Below are positions 16,737 to 26,137 of a stretch of DNA of 64,000 nucleotides, piece after piece (within the stretch, counting starts at the first letter, position 1; each line of letters begins with the position of its first letter). The notes beneath the pieces were generated by a model. It was not told where the DNA came from and searched no databases. It was given only the letters and a program-made list of their open reading frames with translations. Source of the stretch: an uncultured Acidobacteriota bacterium (GTDB lineage: Bacteria; Actinomycetota; Acidimicrobiia; Spongiisociales; ZC4RG35); assembly GCA_963780755.1 (NCBI GenBank), contig CAWACX010000001.1:467514-531513 (forward strand), read 5' to 3'. Made by a program: the position numbers and the translations under genes.

Positions 16737-17678
16737 GTGAGTGTCGGAGTCCTGTTCCCCGGTCAGGGAAGCCAGCACGTGGGGATGGGAAGCGACCTCT
16801 TCGATGCCCGACCCGACCTGCTCGGGCCTGCCGCCGACGAAATCCTCGGTTTCTCGCTCCGCGAGATGTGCCTCGACTCATCCGAGGAGGAGCTCACCCG
16901 CACCGAGCACGCCCAGCCTGCACTGTTCGCGCTCTCCTACGCCCTCTGGGAGCAGTTCGCCGCAGAGGATGGCGTCTCACCTTCGGGCGCCGCCGGGCAC
17001 TCCCTGGGGGAGTACACCGCTCTTGCTGCCGCCGGCGTCCTCGACTACCAGGCCGCGCTGGCGGTCGTCGCGCAGCGGGGGCGGGCGATGGCAGCGGCGG
17101 CCGGGTTGGCACCCTCGGGGATGGCGGCCCTGCTTGGCGCCGACCAGGAACTGGCGGAAAAGGTGTGTGAGCAAAGCAGGGCCCAGGGCGGCACACTCCA
17201 GGTCGCCAATATCAACGCCCCGGGCCAGGTGGTCGTGGCCGGGTCCATCTCGGACATCGATTGGCTGGTCGCAAATTCGGCGGAGGTGGGCGTCAGAAGG
17301 GTGATCCCGCTCAAGGTCTCCGGGGCATTCCACTCCAGCTTCATGGCGCCGGCGGCGACCGAGCTGGTTACGGCTCTGGAGCTGGTCCAGGTCGACGAGC
17401 CCAGGTTTCCGGTCTGGGCCAACACCACTGCCGAGCCGCACCAGAGGGACGCGGTCAAAGAGCTGTTGGCCAGGCAGGTGGTGGCGCCGGTCAGGTTCTC
17501 CGAGAGCCTCGAGCGAATGTCCGCAGCAGGCATCGACGTCTTCATCCACGTCGGGCCCGGCGACGTGACGGCGGGCCTGGCGCGCAAGACGATTCCCGAC
17601 GCAACGGTGCTCTCCGTGTCCAGCATCGCCGACATCGGGAACGCCAGGGAAGCCATCGGTACCATGGGCGGGGCATGA
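16737..17678 (+). CDS. fabD: Malonyl-CoA:ACP transacylase
   Basis: Motifs FPGQGSQHVGMG and GHSLGEYTAL. The start is a GTG at 16737. Confidence 0.9.
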   Translation: MSVGVLFPGQGSQHVGMGSDLFDARPDLLGPAADEILGFSLREMCLDSSEEELTRTEHAQPALFALSYALWEQFAAEDGVSPSGAAGHSLGEYTALAAAGVLDYQAALAVVAQRGRAMAAAAGLAPSGMAALLGADQELAEKVCEQSRAQGGTLQVANINAPGQVVVAGSISDIDWLVANSAEVGVRRVIPLKVSGAFHSSFMAPAATELVTALELVQVDEPRFPVWANTTAEPHQRDAVKELLARQVVAPVRFSESLERMSAAGIDVFIHVGPGDVTAGLARKTIPDATVLSVSSIADIGNAREAIGTMGGA

Positions 17679-17688
17679 GGAGACGAGC

Positions 17689-18775
17689 ATGAAGAACGCC
17701 GAGATCACCGGCTGGGGCAAGTGCATGCCGCCCAACGTGCTCTCCAACCACGATCTAGAGCAACTGGTCGATACCTCCGACGAGTGGATCACCACCCGGA
17801 CCGGGATCAAGGAGCGCCGGATCAGCCATGTCGAGGCCTCCGAGTTGGGGGCGGTTGCAGGGTTGCGGGCGGTTGCGGCAGCGGGGAAGACCGTCGAAGA
17901 CGTCGACTTGATCCTGGTCGCCACCTGCACCGGAGACTCGATCATCCCTTCGACGGCGTCCGTGGTCCAGAAGCACATGGAGGCGTGGAATTCTGCAGCC
18001 CTCGACATCAACGCGGCCTGCTCGGGGTTCGTCTACGGGCTGGTGGTCGGCACCAACATGATCCGTGGGGGGACGAACAAGAACGTGTTGGTGATCGGCA
18101 CCGAGAAGCTGCACTACGTCATGGACTTCACCGACCGGACCACCTGCGTGCTGTTCGGCGACGGGGCGGGGGCGGTCCTCCTCGAGCCCACCGACGAAGA
18201 CATCGGCGTCCTCTCCTCCGAGCTCGGGATGGACGGCTCGGCCGGCCACGCTCTCGAGACTCCCCGCGACGGCACCGAAGGGCGATCGCGATCAGCCCGA
18301 CCCTGCCCTGAGCTCCATCACCATGGAAGGCCAGGAGGTGTTCCGGCGGGCGGTGACCACGATGGGGGACTCGACGGCCCGGGCCATCCAAGAGGCAGGA
18401 TTGACTCTGGACGACGTCGACCTCTTGGTCCCGCACCAGGCCAACGTCCGGATCATCGACGCCACCGCGCGGCGCCTCGGCATCGACGAGGGCAAGGTCT
18501 ACGTGAACATCCACTCCTACGGGAACACCTCGGCGGCCACGATCCCGGTGGCGCTCACCGAGGCCCTGGAGGAGGGCCGGATCGCCCCCGGTGACATCGT
18601 GGCCTTCACCGCGTTCGGGGGCGGCCTCACCTGGGGCTCGGCGATCTACCGCTGGGGCTCTCGGGTCGAGCCGCTCGGCAAGAGCGACGTCGAGCTGCCG
18701 CCGCCCGACCGCACCACTCTCGAGTTGCTGCAGCCGAACTTCGACTTCTTTGGGCTACCAGAGAAGTTGTCGTGA
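17689..18775 (+). pseudogene. fabH: 3-oxoacyl-ACP synthase III (FabH), split into two frames near 18283
   Basis: The N-terminal half, with the active-site Cys (NAACSGFVYGL), lies in the 17689 frame. The C-terminal half, with VPHQANVRII and GNTSAATIP, lies in the 18323..18775 frame. Joining after ...ETPRDGTEG to DRDQPDPALSSITMEGQEVF needs a 1-nt skip. The span is 3n+1. Confidence 0.85.
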
Positions 18776-19518
18776 CCGGTTCCGCCGACGGGAAAGTTGC
18801 CCTGGTCACGGGAGGGTCCCGTGGGATCGGGCGGGCGATTGCGCTCCGGCTCGCCGGCTCCGGGCATCCGGTGGTCGTGAACTACGCCAGCAACGCGTCG
18901 GCCGCTGAGGAGGTTGTCAACCTCATCGATGAAGCCGGGGGGCGGGCCATTGCCTACGGAGCGGACGTCGCCGAAGAGGACCAGGTCGAGGAGATGTTCG
19001 TCAAGGTCAGCGCCGAGCTAGGCCCGGTGATGGTGCTGGTCAACAACGCCGGCATCGCCAGGGACAACCTGCTCCTGAGGATGAGTGCTGCCGACTTCGA
19101 CGCGGTGATCGACACCAACCTCCGTTCCACGTTCCTCTGCACCAAGCAGGCCTTGCGAGCGATGCTCAAGGCAAAGTGGGGGAGGATCGTCAACATCGCC
19201 TCGGTGGCGGGGATAGTGGGCAACGCGGGCCAGGCCAACTATGCGGCATCCAAGGCAGGCGTCATCGGCTTCTCGAAGTCGATCGCCAAGGAGATCGGCT
19301 CGCGGGGGATCACCGTGAACGTGGTGGCACCTGGATTCATCTCGACGGACATGACTGCCGGCCTCGACGATGCTGAGAAGGGCCTCACCGGGTCGATCTC
19401 GCTGGGGCGCTTCGGTGTCCCCGACGAGGTGGCAGCAGTCGTCGAGTTCCTGGCCTCGGACGGCGCTTCGTACCTGACGGGCCAGGTGGTGCCGGTCGAC
19501 GGAGGGCTGGCCCTGTAA
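18772..19518 (+). CDS. fabG: 3-oxoacyl-ACP reductase
   Basis: SDR motifs TGGSRGIGRAIA, NNAG and YAASKAG. The GTG start overlaps the fabH stop as GTGA. Confidence 0.9.
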   Translation: MTGSADGKVALVTGGSRGIGRAIALRLAGSGHPVVVNYASNASAAEEVVNLIDEAGGRAIAYGADVAEEDQVEEMFVKVSAELGPVMVLVNNAGIARDNLLLRMSAADFDAVIDTNLRSTFLCTKQALRAMLKAKWGRIVNIASVAGIVGNAGQANYAASKAGVIGFSKSIAKEIGSRGITVNVVAPGFISTDMTAGLDDAEKGLTGSISLGRFGVPDEVAAVVEFLASDGASYLTGQVVPVDGGLAL

Positions 19519-19556
19519 CTTTCGGCAACCCATGACCAACGAAAGGGAGCAAGAGA

Positions 19557-19802
19557 ATGGATAGAAGCGATGTGGCCGAGCGCCTCAGCGGGGTGCTCGT
19601 CTCCGAGCTGGGGCTCGACGCCTCGAAGATCTCCGAAGAGGCGCATTTCGAGGAGGACCTCGATGTGGACAGCCTCGGCGTGGTCGAGTTGCTGATGGCC
19701 CTCGAAGACGAGTTCGGGGTGAAGATCCCGGATGAGGAAGCCGAGTCGATCATGACCGTCGGCCAGGCCATCGACGTGGTCTACGGCAAGCTGGAGAGCT
19801 GA
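19557..19802 (+). CDS. acpP: Acyl carrier protein
   Basis: 81 aa with the phosphopantetheine-attachment motif DLDVDSLGVVEL. Confidence 0.9.
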   Translation: MDRSDVAERLSGVLVSELGLDASKISEEAHFEEDLDVDSLGVVELLMALEDEFGVKIPDEEAESIMTVGQAIDVVYGKLES

Positions 19803-19808
19803 ACTTCG

Positions 19809-21059
19809 ATGTCACCGGAACGGCGACGAGTCGTCGTCACCGGGATGGGAGCGGTCACTCCGATCGGTGATGACGTCACCGCCACGTGGAAGTCGATGTT
19901 GTCCGGCGTGTCCGGTGTCGGGCAGATCACCCAGTTCGACACGACCGGATATCGCACCACCATCGGTGCCGAGGTCAAGGACTGGGACCCGGAGAGTCAT
20001 TTCGACCGACGCGAGGTGAGGCGACTCGACCGGTACACCCAGTTCTTCCTGGTCGCGGTCCGCCAGGCGCTCGAGCAGTCCGGCGTCTCTTTCTCGGAGG
20101 ACGATGAAGCGGCGGCCCGGGCCGGAGTCATGGTCGGCGCCGGGTTCGGGGGGATGGGCTCCTTCATCGAGGAGATCACCACCCTGATCGAGCGGGGCCC
20201 GGATCGGGTCAGTCCCACCGGAGTGCCCCGGATCATCCCCAACATGGCAGCCGGGCTGGCTTCCATCGAGCACAACTTGTTGGGCCCGGTGTCGTGCGTG
20301 GTCACCGCCTGCTCGGCGTCGGCCAATGCCATTGGTGACGGGGCGGAGTGGATTCGTCGGGGCATCGCCGACGTCGTGGTGGCCGGAGGGGCCGAGGCCT
20401 CGATCACAACTTTCGGAATCTCCACCTTTGCCCAGGCCCGAGCCCTCTCGTCGCGAAACGACGAGCCTTCCCGGGCGTCCCGTCCCTTCGACGCAGGGCG
20501 CGACGGGTTCGTGATGGGTGAGGGGGGCGCCGCCCTGATCCTCGAGGACTTGGACCATGCCACGGCGCGGGGAGCCGAGATCCTGGCCGAGCTGACCGGC
20601 TACGGGATGTCGGCCGACGCCTATCACATCACTCTTCCCCGGCCCGGGGGGACCGGAGCGGCGAGGGCGATGACATCAGCACTCTTCGACGCCGAGCTGG
20701 AGGCGTCCGACATCGGGTATGTCAATGCCCATGGCACCTCGACCGAGGCCAACGATTCCACCGAGACAGCGGCGATCAAGATCGCCCTGGGCGAGGCCGC
20801 TTCGCAGATCCCGGTGTCATCGACCAAGTCGATGACCGGTCACATCCTGGGTGGCGCCGGCGCGGTGGAAGCGGTCGCTTGCATCATGGCCCTGCGCGAT
20901 CAGGTGCTGCCCCCGACGATCAACTACGAGGTCCCCGATCCCGAGTGCGACCTCGACTACGTCCCCAACAAGGCCCGACCCGCTGAACTGAGCCACGCCA
21001 TCTCCAACTCCTTCGGTTTTGGCGGGCACAACGTGTCACTGATCTTCAGCAAGGTCTGA
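19809..21059 (+). CDS. fabF: 3-oxoacyl-ACP synthase II
   Basis: 416 aa with active-site regions VVTACSASANAIG, NAHGTSTEANDSTE and GHILGGAGAVEA. Confidence 0.9.
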   Translation: MSPERRRVVVTGMGAVTPIGDDVTATWKSMLSGVSGVGQITQFDTTGYRTTIGAEVKDWDPESHFDRREVRRLDRYTQFFLVAVRQALEQSGVSFSEDDEAAARAGVMVGAGFGGMGSFIEEITTLIERGPDRVSPTGVPRIIPNMAAGLASIEHNLLGPVSCVVTACSASANAIGDGAEWIRRGIADVVVAGGAEASITTFGISTFAQARALSSRNDEPSRASRPFDAGRDGFVMGEGGAALILEDLDHATARGAEILAELTGYGMSADAYHITLPRPGGTGAARAMTSALFDAELEASDIGYVNAHGTSTEANDSTETAAIKIALGEAASQIPVSSTKSMTGHILGGAGAVEAVACIMALRDQVLPPTINYEVPDPECDLDYVPNKARPAELSHAISNSFGFGGHNVSLIFSKV

Positions 21060-21082
21060 GGTCTCGGGGCTTCTGCCGTCCT

Positions 21083-21616
21083 TTACTGAGCGATTGTCGC
21101 GGGTGGATCCCAGAGCGAACTCGTGGCGACGAGTGCAGACAGTCCAAGGGACAAGAGGACCAGAAATGTCGTCGTTCCGCCGAACGGCAACCAGGCGGCC
21201 GTGATCAGCACGGCGGTATAGACAATCAGTCTCATCGCCATGCCGCGCGAGAGTGCCGGTGCCTTCGATGCACCGACGAGAAGTACGGAAAAACCCAGAA
21301 TCGCCATCAGTAGCCCGACGAGATTGACCCCGACAATCGTCGCCACACCGGCGATCGTCATGGCGCCACCAAGTGAGATGACCCGTGCCGGGTCGGGGCG
21401 TCCGAACAGGATGGCCAGAGGCACAGCCGCGGTGGCCCCTGCCAACGCCAACCCCTGCCGCAGGGAGGAGGAGTCCACGCCGTCGTCCGGGTAAACGAAA
21501 CCCACCATAAGCAGGACTCCGAGGGCGAGTAGTAGTCCCAGGATTCCCACCACACGTAGTCGTGGCATCAACGTTGCTCGATGCCCTCGATCGGTGTCGA
21601 CAGTCGCGTCGCTCAC
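21083..21616 (-). CDS. Polytopic membrane protein, function unknown
   Basis: 177 aa that is almost entirely hydrophobic helices. It converges on fabF. Confidence 0.6.
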   Translation of the reverse strand: MSDATVDTDRGHRATLMPRLRVVGILGLLLALGVLLMVGFVYPDDGVDSSSLRQGLALAGATAAVPLAILFGRPDPARVISLGGAMTIAGVATIVGVNLVGLLMAILGFSVLLVGASKAPALSRGMAMRLIVYTAVLITAAWLPFGGTTTFLVLLSLGLSALVATSSLWDPPATIAQ

Positions 21617-21837
21617 ACCATCAGCCTAGGAACCCGCTGGCTTTCGGCACCTATTGGGAAGGGGTCGTCAGGCGCGAGGTCCTGAATGGCACTACATAGG
21701 AACCGTTAGAACACTCCGGACCGCCCAGCCGCGTAGCCGTCCGCTTGGGATACCCGGATAGCTGAATCAGGGAATACCCCGATGGACGGGCTCCTGCCTC
21801 GGCCACATGATTGACCCATTCAAGGAATGGAGTAATC

Positions 21838-22185
21838 GTGCAGCGAAGCTCGAATGCAAATCGGAAAGCACTGGCCGCCATTGGTGTGGCTGTGGTCCTT
21901 CTTGGGCTGGCCGCCTGGTCATGGCAGGGCACCTATGGGGGAACCGAGTTCGGTGGGGTAGTGGTCGGCCCGGACGGAGCCGCCCAGGTGTATGACCCCG
22001 ATGGACTGGTGGTGTTCGAGGGGACCGAGCATGAGGCTGAGGTGTTCATCGAAGCGGCCCAAGGCGGAATCGGGGTTTTCTTGGTTCCTGGACTGATAAT
22101 CGGCTTAGGAGCGGCCCTCGTCGTTCTGGCTATTGCCAATCCGGCAAGACCCAAGACGGCGGGCTGGTCTCGTGCGATTACATAG
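21838..22185 (+). CDS. Small two-TM membrane protein, function unknown
   Basis: A GTG at 21838 lies 7 nt after GGAG. TM segments flank a soluble loop (GGTEFGGVVVGPDGAAQVYDPDGLVVFEGTEHEAEVFIEAA). The track start at 21811 is also possible. Confidence 0.55.
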   Translation: MQRSSNANRKALAAIGVAVVLLGLAAWSWQGTYGGTEFGGVVVGPDGAAQVYDPDGLVVFEGTEHEAEVFIEAAQGGIGVFLVPGLIIGLGAALVVLAIANPARPKTAGWSRAIT

Positions 22186-22194
22186 GCGCACCAA

Positions 22195-22446
22195 CTACGA
22201 CTCGCGCTTCTCGTTCCACTCGGCAATCGATCTGTAGACCAGCGCCAGGATCAGGGCCACCCCCACCGTGACCAGCAAGAACGACAGAAGCGACACCCCG
22301 AAGGCCCACCCGGGACAGGATGAGACGTTCCCCGAGGCGTCCGGAGTCTGGCAACTGACGTCGGTGACCACCCAGCCCAGGGCCGCGGCGAGCAAACCCA
22401 AGGTGATGCTGGGCACGGCGATCCAGGGGTTAGGAGTCCGCCTCAT
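22195..22446 (-). CDS. Small two-TM protein with a Cys-X12-Cys loop, function unknown
   Basis: 83 aa. The loop is VSCQTPDASGNVSSCPGW. Its ATG overlaps the repaired stop of the upstream gene as ATGA. Confidence 0.55.
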   Translation of the reverse strand: MRRTPNPWIAVPSITLGLLAAALGWVVTDVSCQTPDASGNVSSCPGWAFGVSLLSFLLVTVGVALILALVYRSIAEWNEKRES

Positions 22447-23187
22447 CGCGGCCGGCCCCGCTCATCGAGTCGGGCGGCGTCCAACACTTCGGTGGGGGCG
22501 AGCTCGGGTGGGATCGGGAACACCGTGCCCGCCTCCGCGAGGCGGATGGAAGGCGACCTTGACTTCGGGATGCCAGGCCAGGACGGCCACGACGAGGCCG
22601 AGTGCGACGGCGGCCGCGATCGCGAGCACTGGTTGGAATGCGGCCAACCCGAGTGCCAGCGCCGGCCATAGGACACGGACTGAGAACAGGCCGCCGGGAA
22701 AGACGCGGGAGTACCAGAGGGCGGCCAACGGAGCCGTGAGCGATATCACCAGAGTCGCTGCAGTAGGGCCTTCCCATGCCGCCAGGCCGAGCAACGCCGG
22801 CGCACCGAGGAGCAGCAGCGGGGTGAGCACCGCTCTCCACGGGGGCCCGGTAGCGGCGGGGAGCTTGCGAACTCCGCGGGTCACCACCGGGAGCAAGTAG
22901 AGCGCCCCGGCGACCACCGAGGCGAGGAGCGAAGCCCACCAGAGGACGTCGATCGGCCGGATCACGGCGAGGACCAGGGTCAGTGCGAGGGCGGCCATCA
23001 CAGTCCGCCAGGCCCATCGCCCCCCGACCACGATCACGCCCACCACTCCGACCGTCACCGTCTCCAGCAACCCGAGCCCGACCAGAAAGACCGACCAGGG
23101 GGCGAGGGGGCCGGGATCGACGAGCAGGGCAACGACCCAGAGCACGACTGCCAGGAGAGGGGCCGAAGAAGCGAGTGCCACCTTCAC
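22443..23187 (-). pseudogene. Polytopic membrane protein, function unknown, C-terminal frame break near 22545-22552
   Basis: The track ORF 22462..23241 loses GC3 after ...AWHPEVKVAF. High GC3 continues in the 22443..22676 frame (IRLAEAGTVFPIPPELAPTEVLDAARLDERGRPR*). The stop of that frame forms an ATGA with the next gene. I place the start at the GTG at 23187 because upstream codons have poor GC3. The span is 3n+1. Confidence 0.5.
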
Positions 23188-23212
23188 GGGGCGAGTTTCG
23201 CAGTGAGGCCGG

Positions 23213-23887
23213 TCAAGCCGAAGTCGGTGCTGTGCCTCCACCGGGGTGGGTGAGGACCCGCAGTCCAGGCTTCTCGCCGGCGACCGCCGCTTCGCCCGGC
23301 TCCCACACGGTCTCCTCCCGCCAAACGGCTCCCGGGCGCAAGGTGACGACGGCCCCGTGACCCGGCTTCTCGTCGTGGAGGCCGGACACGTCAGCCCCGA
23401 TCAGTCGGAGCCGGCCTGCCTGAATCGGGTCCTGATGGGACACGATCACCACGTCTCCGTGGGGATGCTCCACGTCGAGGCGTCGAGCCGTGGAAGCCAT
23501 TCGATCCGCTAGATGGTCGAGGGTCTCTTCGGCGAAGGGAAGCTTCTCAGGTGTTTCGAGATAGGCCTCGAGCTCCCCCGGAAAGGCCTCGGGAAGATCA
23601 CGCCAGGTGTGGCCGCGCCAACGCGAGGTGACTCTCCATTCGGTGAGGCCGGGATCGACCTTGACCGGGACCGCGGTGCGGGCGGCGATCTCCTCGGCGG
23701 TGCGCAGCGACCGTTCCAGGGGAGAGGACCAGATGGCAACCACGGGGCGCGCCCCCAGGTAGCGGCCCACTCGACGCGCTTGATCGACGCCATAGGGGGA
23801 GAGCCCGAACCCGGGGAGGTCGGAGTAGACCACATGGCCGGGGTTGTCGACCTCGGCGTGGCGGACCAGGTGTACGAGAGCAGCCAT
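23213..23887 (-). CDS. Histidine phosphatase (phosphoglycerate-mutase-like) family protein
   Basis: The N-terminal catalytic motif is LVRHAE...NP. Further matches are SSPLERSLRTAEEIA and a distal VSHQDPIQ segment. Confidence 0.8.
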   Translation of the reverse strand: MAALVHLVRHAEVDNPGHVVYSDLPGFGLSPYGVDQARRVGRYLGARPVVAIWSSPLERSLRTAEEIAARTAVPVKVDPGLTEWRVTSRWRGHTWRDLPEAFPGELEAYLETPEKLPFAEETLDHLADRMASTARRLDVEHPHGDVVIVSHQDPIQAGRLRLIGADVSGLHDEKPGHGAVVTLRPGAVWREETVWEPGEAAVAGEKPGLRVLTHPGGGTAPTSA

Positions 23888-23937
23888 CTCTGGACAGTTT
23901 GCCCGAAGCTGTCCCCGGTCCGGGGTAACTTGGCCAG

Positions 23938-25125
23938 GTGTGGACCGAGCCCATCCTCCACGTCGACATGGACGCGTTCTTCGTCGAGGTGGAGAGGCTG
24001 GAGGATCCCGGCCTCCGGGGGAGGCCCGTCGCAGTCGGGGGCACCGGGAATCGCGGGGTCATCGCCAGCGCGTCGTATGAGGCAAGGAAGTACGGCGTCC
24101 GCTCCGCGATGCCCACCATCAGCGCCCTCCGGCTGTGCCCTCAGCTCTCCGTCGTCCACGCCGATCACCATCGCTACGGACAGGTCTCGGAGCTGGTGTT
24201 CGAGGTCTTCAGGTCCTTCACGCCCCATGTCGAGGGGCTCAGCCTGGACGAGGCGTTCCTCGACGTCTCGGGCTTGAAGCGCCACTACCCGACACCGGTC
24301 GAGGTCGCCGAATCGATCAGGTGCCGGATTCGAGACGAGATCGGACTCCCGTCGTCGGTGGGAGTGGCTGCCACCAAGTTCATGGCCAAGCTGGCATCCG
24401 AGGCGGCAAAGCCGAACGGCTGCCTTCACGTCCCTGCAGCTACGCAACTCGAGTTCCTGCACGCCCTTCCCGTGACTGCCCTCTGGGGAGTCGGCCCGGC
24501 GACGCTCGCCGGGCTGGAGAGGCTTGGAGTGTCCACGATCGGCGACCTGGCCCAGTTGCCGGAACGGGCCGTCGTGTCGGCGTTGGGTCAGGCCAACGGG
24601 CGCCACCTGCTGGCGCTGGCCGATGGGATCGATGAGCGACCGGTGCTCGCCGACCTCGAGGCCAAGTCGGTTTCGGTCGAGGAGACCTACGAGACCGATC
24701 TGGTGGGTCGCGCCGTCGTGGAGACAGCACTGCTCGCCCATGCTCAACGGCTCTCCGGGCGCCTGCGAAGGAGTGGCCTGGCGGCCCGGACCGTGACGGT
24801 CAAGGTCCGCTACGAGGATTTCTCGACGATCACCCGTAGCGTGACTGGTGAGCCCGTGGACAGCTCTCGTGACCTGTTCCACAGCGGGCGATCCCTCCTC
24901 GAAGGAGTCGACCTGGACCGGCCGGTGCGCTTGCTCGGCCTGGGCGGGTCCAAGCTCGAAATCGGCTCCGAGCCCCGCCAACTCAGTCTCGACGGTGGCG
25001 AGCAGTGGGAGAAATTGGCCGATGCCGTGGCCGGGGTCAGGGATCGTTTCGGGGAGGGCGCCGTCGAGCCGGCCAGACTTCTGTCGAGTGCAGGCCCGGA
25101 GGGCCCCAACTACCCGGTGAACTGA
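23938..25125 (+). CDS. dinB: DNA polymerase IV (Y-family)
   Basis: Motifs HVDMDAFFVEVE, GVIASASYEARKYGVRSAMP and SLDEAFLDVSG. Confidence 0.9.
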   Translation: MWTEPILHVDMDAFFVEVERLEDPGLRGRPVAVGGTGNRGVIASASYEARKYGVRSAMPTISALRLCPQLSVVHADHHRYGQVSELVFEVFRSFTPHVEGLSLDEAFLDVSGLKRHYPTPVEVAESIRCRIRDEIGLPSSVGVAATKFMAKLASEAAKPNGCLHVPAATQLEFLHALPVTALWGVGPATLAGLERLGVSTIGDLAQLPERAVVSALGQANGRHLLALADGIDERPVLADLEAKSVSVEETYETDLVGRAVVETALLAHAQRLSGRLRRSGLAARTVTVKVRYEDFSTITRSVTGEPVDSSRDLFHSGRSLLEGVDLDRPVRLLGLGGSKLEIGSEPRQLSLDGGEQWEKLADAVAGVRDRFGEGAVEPARLLSSAGPEGPNYPVN

Positions 25126-25183
25126 TTCCGGGTGGCGTGTATTGTGTCCGTAGGGCTTGGATCTAGCTTGACACGAGGAAGTC

Positions 25184-25480
25184 ATGCCCCTCGACGACCA
25201 CGAACAGAAGATCCTGGCGGAGATCGAGCGCCAGTTCTATGAAGAAGACCCGGAGTTGGCGCGGGCCGTCCGGGACATCAGCCGCCCATCGAGGCTCGGC
25301 ACACGGCTCGCCGTCCTTGGGTTGATCGCCGGTCTCGCTGTCGTCGTCGGTTTCTTCGCCACCAACACGGTGGTCGCCTTCCTCGGATTCGCCCTCCTCG
25401 TCACGTCGGCGACGGTGCTCGTCACCGGGATCCGGGCCCGCGGTTGGCAGCGCCCGGAGCCCGAGCCGGACGACGACTGA
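25184..25480 (+). CDS. DUF3040-family membrane protein
   Basis: The N-terminus MPLDDHEQKILAEIERQFYEEDPELA is followed by two TM segments. This is a typical actinobacterial DUF3040 protein. Confidence 0.8.
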   Translation: MPLDDHEQKILAEIERQFYEEDPELARAVRDISRPSRLGTRLAVLGLIAGLAVVVGFFATNTVVAFLGFALLVTSATVLVTGIRARGWQRPEPEPDDD

Positions 25481-25633
25481 ATTCGCGTCGAACCACTTCC
25501 GTCCTCAGCGTCGCGCCTGTATGGGAACCGCTAATGTTCCCGCCCCCGGCGGCATCCCAGAGAGGATGGGAATGCCCAAGGAGGACACGGCCCCACCCTC
25601 AGGGTCGTCGATGAGATTTTTAGGAAGGGACGA

Positions 25634-26134
25634 GTGGAGCAGTCATTCACAGCCGAGCAGGCATGCCGGCTGACCAATTGCACGCACCATCAACTTCGCT
25701 ATTGGGACCGGGTGGGGCTCGTCAGACCCTCGATGCAACAGACCAAGGGCCGGCCTGGGGTGAGGCGGCTCTATTCATTCCGCGACCTGGTTGCGCTCCG
25801 GGTGGTGCGCAGCCTGCTCGACAACGGGATGTCGCTGCAGCGGGTGCGCCGGGCGTGGGACTACCTGCGGCGGGAAGGGGAGATGGAGGACCATCTCGCC
25901 GACGTGAAGCTGGTCACCGACGGCCAGACCATCTTCCATGTCGGGTCCGATGAGGGTGAGCTGATGGACGCCCTTCGTCAGGGCCAGCTCGCATTCTTCG
26001 TGGCCATCGACGAGATCGCCCGTGAAGTGGAAGAGGACGTCACCCGGTTCGAGCTCGACCGGAGCCGGTTCCTCGACATGTTGCGCCGGGTCGAGGATGA
26101 CGTCGCCGAGGAGCAGCGAGCCGCGACCTCCTGA
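25634..26134 (+). CDS. MerR-family transcriptional regulator
   Basis: The N-terminal wHTH is FTAEQACRLTNCTHHQLRYWDRVGLVRP...YSFRDLVALRVV. The SD AGGAAGGG precedes the GTG start. Confidence 0.8.
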   Translation: MEQSFTAEQACRLTNCTHHQLRYWDRVGLVRPSMQQTKGRPGVRRLYSFRDLVALRVVRSLLDNGMSLQRVRRAWDYLRREGEMEDHLADVKLVTDGQTIFHVGSDEGELMDALRQGQLAFFVAIDEIAREVEEDVTRFELDRSRFLDMLRRVEDDVAEEQRAATS

Positions 26135-26137
26135 GGC

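Noticed and set aside
21651-21810. A minus-strand reading frame with an HTH-like stretch (VAEAGARPSGYSLIQLSGYPKRTATRLGGPE) that suggests a recombinase or regulator fragment.
   Set aside because: It is at most about 53 codons from a GTG, with no SD and weak similarity judged only by eye. It partly overlaps the 5' end of the 21811/21838 gene. It is mentioned in a finding but not called as a feature.
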